From Marsupella aquatica (Eukaryota; Plantae; Marchantiophyta), in the NCBI GenBank assembly GCA_973895155.1, contig OZ316899.1, positions 9,670,287 through 9,734,286 of the forward strand: 64,000 nucleotides of DNA, given 5' to 3'. The notes beneath the pieces were generated by a model. The model was given only the letters and a program-made list of their open reading frames with translations. It was not told the origin of the DNA and searched no databases. The translations under genes were made by a program, and so were the position numbers. This document shows positions 63,811 to 64,000 of the stretch, piece after piece. Positions within the stretch are counted from its first letter, which is position 1; each line of letters opens with the position of its first letter.

Positions 63811-64000
63811 GCAACAGCTGGCGATTGGCAAGTATGAGGTTGAGGATGACTACCTGCACAGAGTCACAGAACGGGAATTGTTGCCTGGAATGATGTTTAG
63901 GATAGTTGGATATGCATGAAATTGATTGATACTTGTGGTTGTGGGTGCTGTGCAGAAGCTATGGGGGAAGAGGGTGATGACATGGAGACAGACATGGGGC

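Overview
This looks like eukaryotic, almost certainly land-plant, transposon-rich DNA (probably a non-seed plant; that is inference). I see no intact host gene. Termini and target-site duplications (TSDs) resolve a deep nest of elements. (i) A Ty3/Gypsy element (family A, minus strand) has a 4.7-kb 5' LTR (2661-7365) that itself encodes a ~1,200-codon PMD-like/coiled-coil ORF. (ii) An intron-containing ParB-like + DNA-methyltransferase-like pseudogene (7776-25977) is split by a non-autonomous Pack-CACTA (8215-22969), which carries an L1, a 408/409-bp satellite and HSP90 exons. (iii) A solo family-A LTR (26365-46796) contains an 11.1-kb Mutator-like element (MULE, 29076-40211) and a related solo LTR (41550-46114). 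(iv) A second Gypsy element (46961-~57388) has a pol frame that continues into the same PMD-like/coiled-coil domain, followed by an RPA-like OB-fold ORF. (v) A CACTA remnant holds a third methyltransferase-like gene, a Ulp1 protease and TnpD. The main candidate for a new system is an accessory module shared by MULE and CACTA-type elements. It comprises a ParB/Srx-fold + degenerate N4/N6-MTase-fold gene and a small conserved partner ORF, and each element carries its own palindromic DNA motif in introns and intergenic spaces. I propose a parS-like or VANC-like self-recognition/anti-silencing role. Domain assignments are from motif recognition by eye and have not been confirmed by database search.
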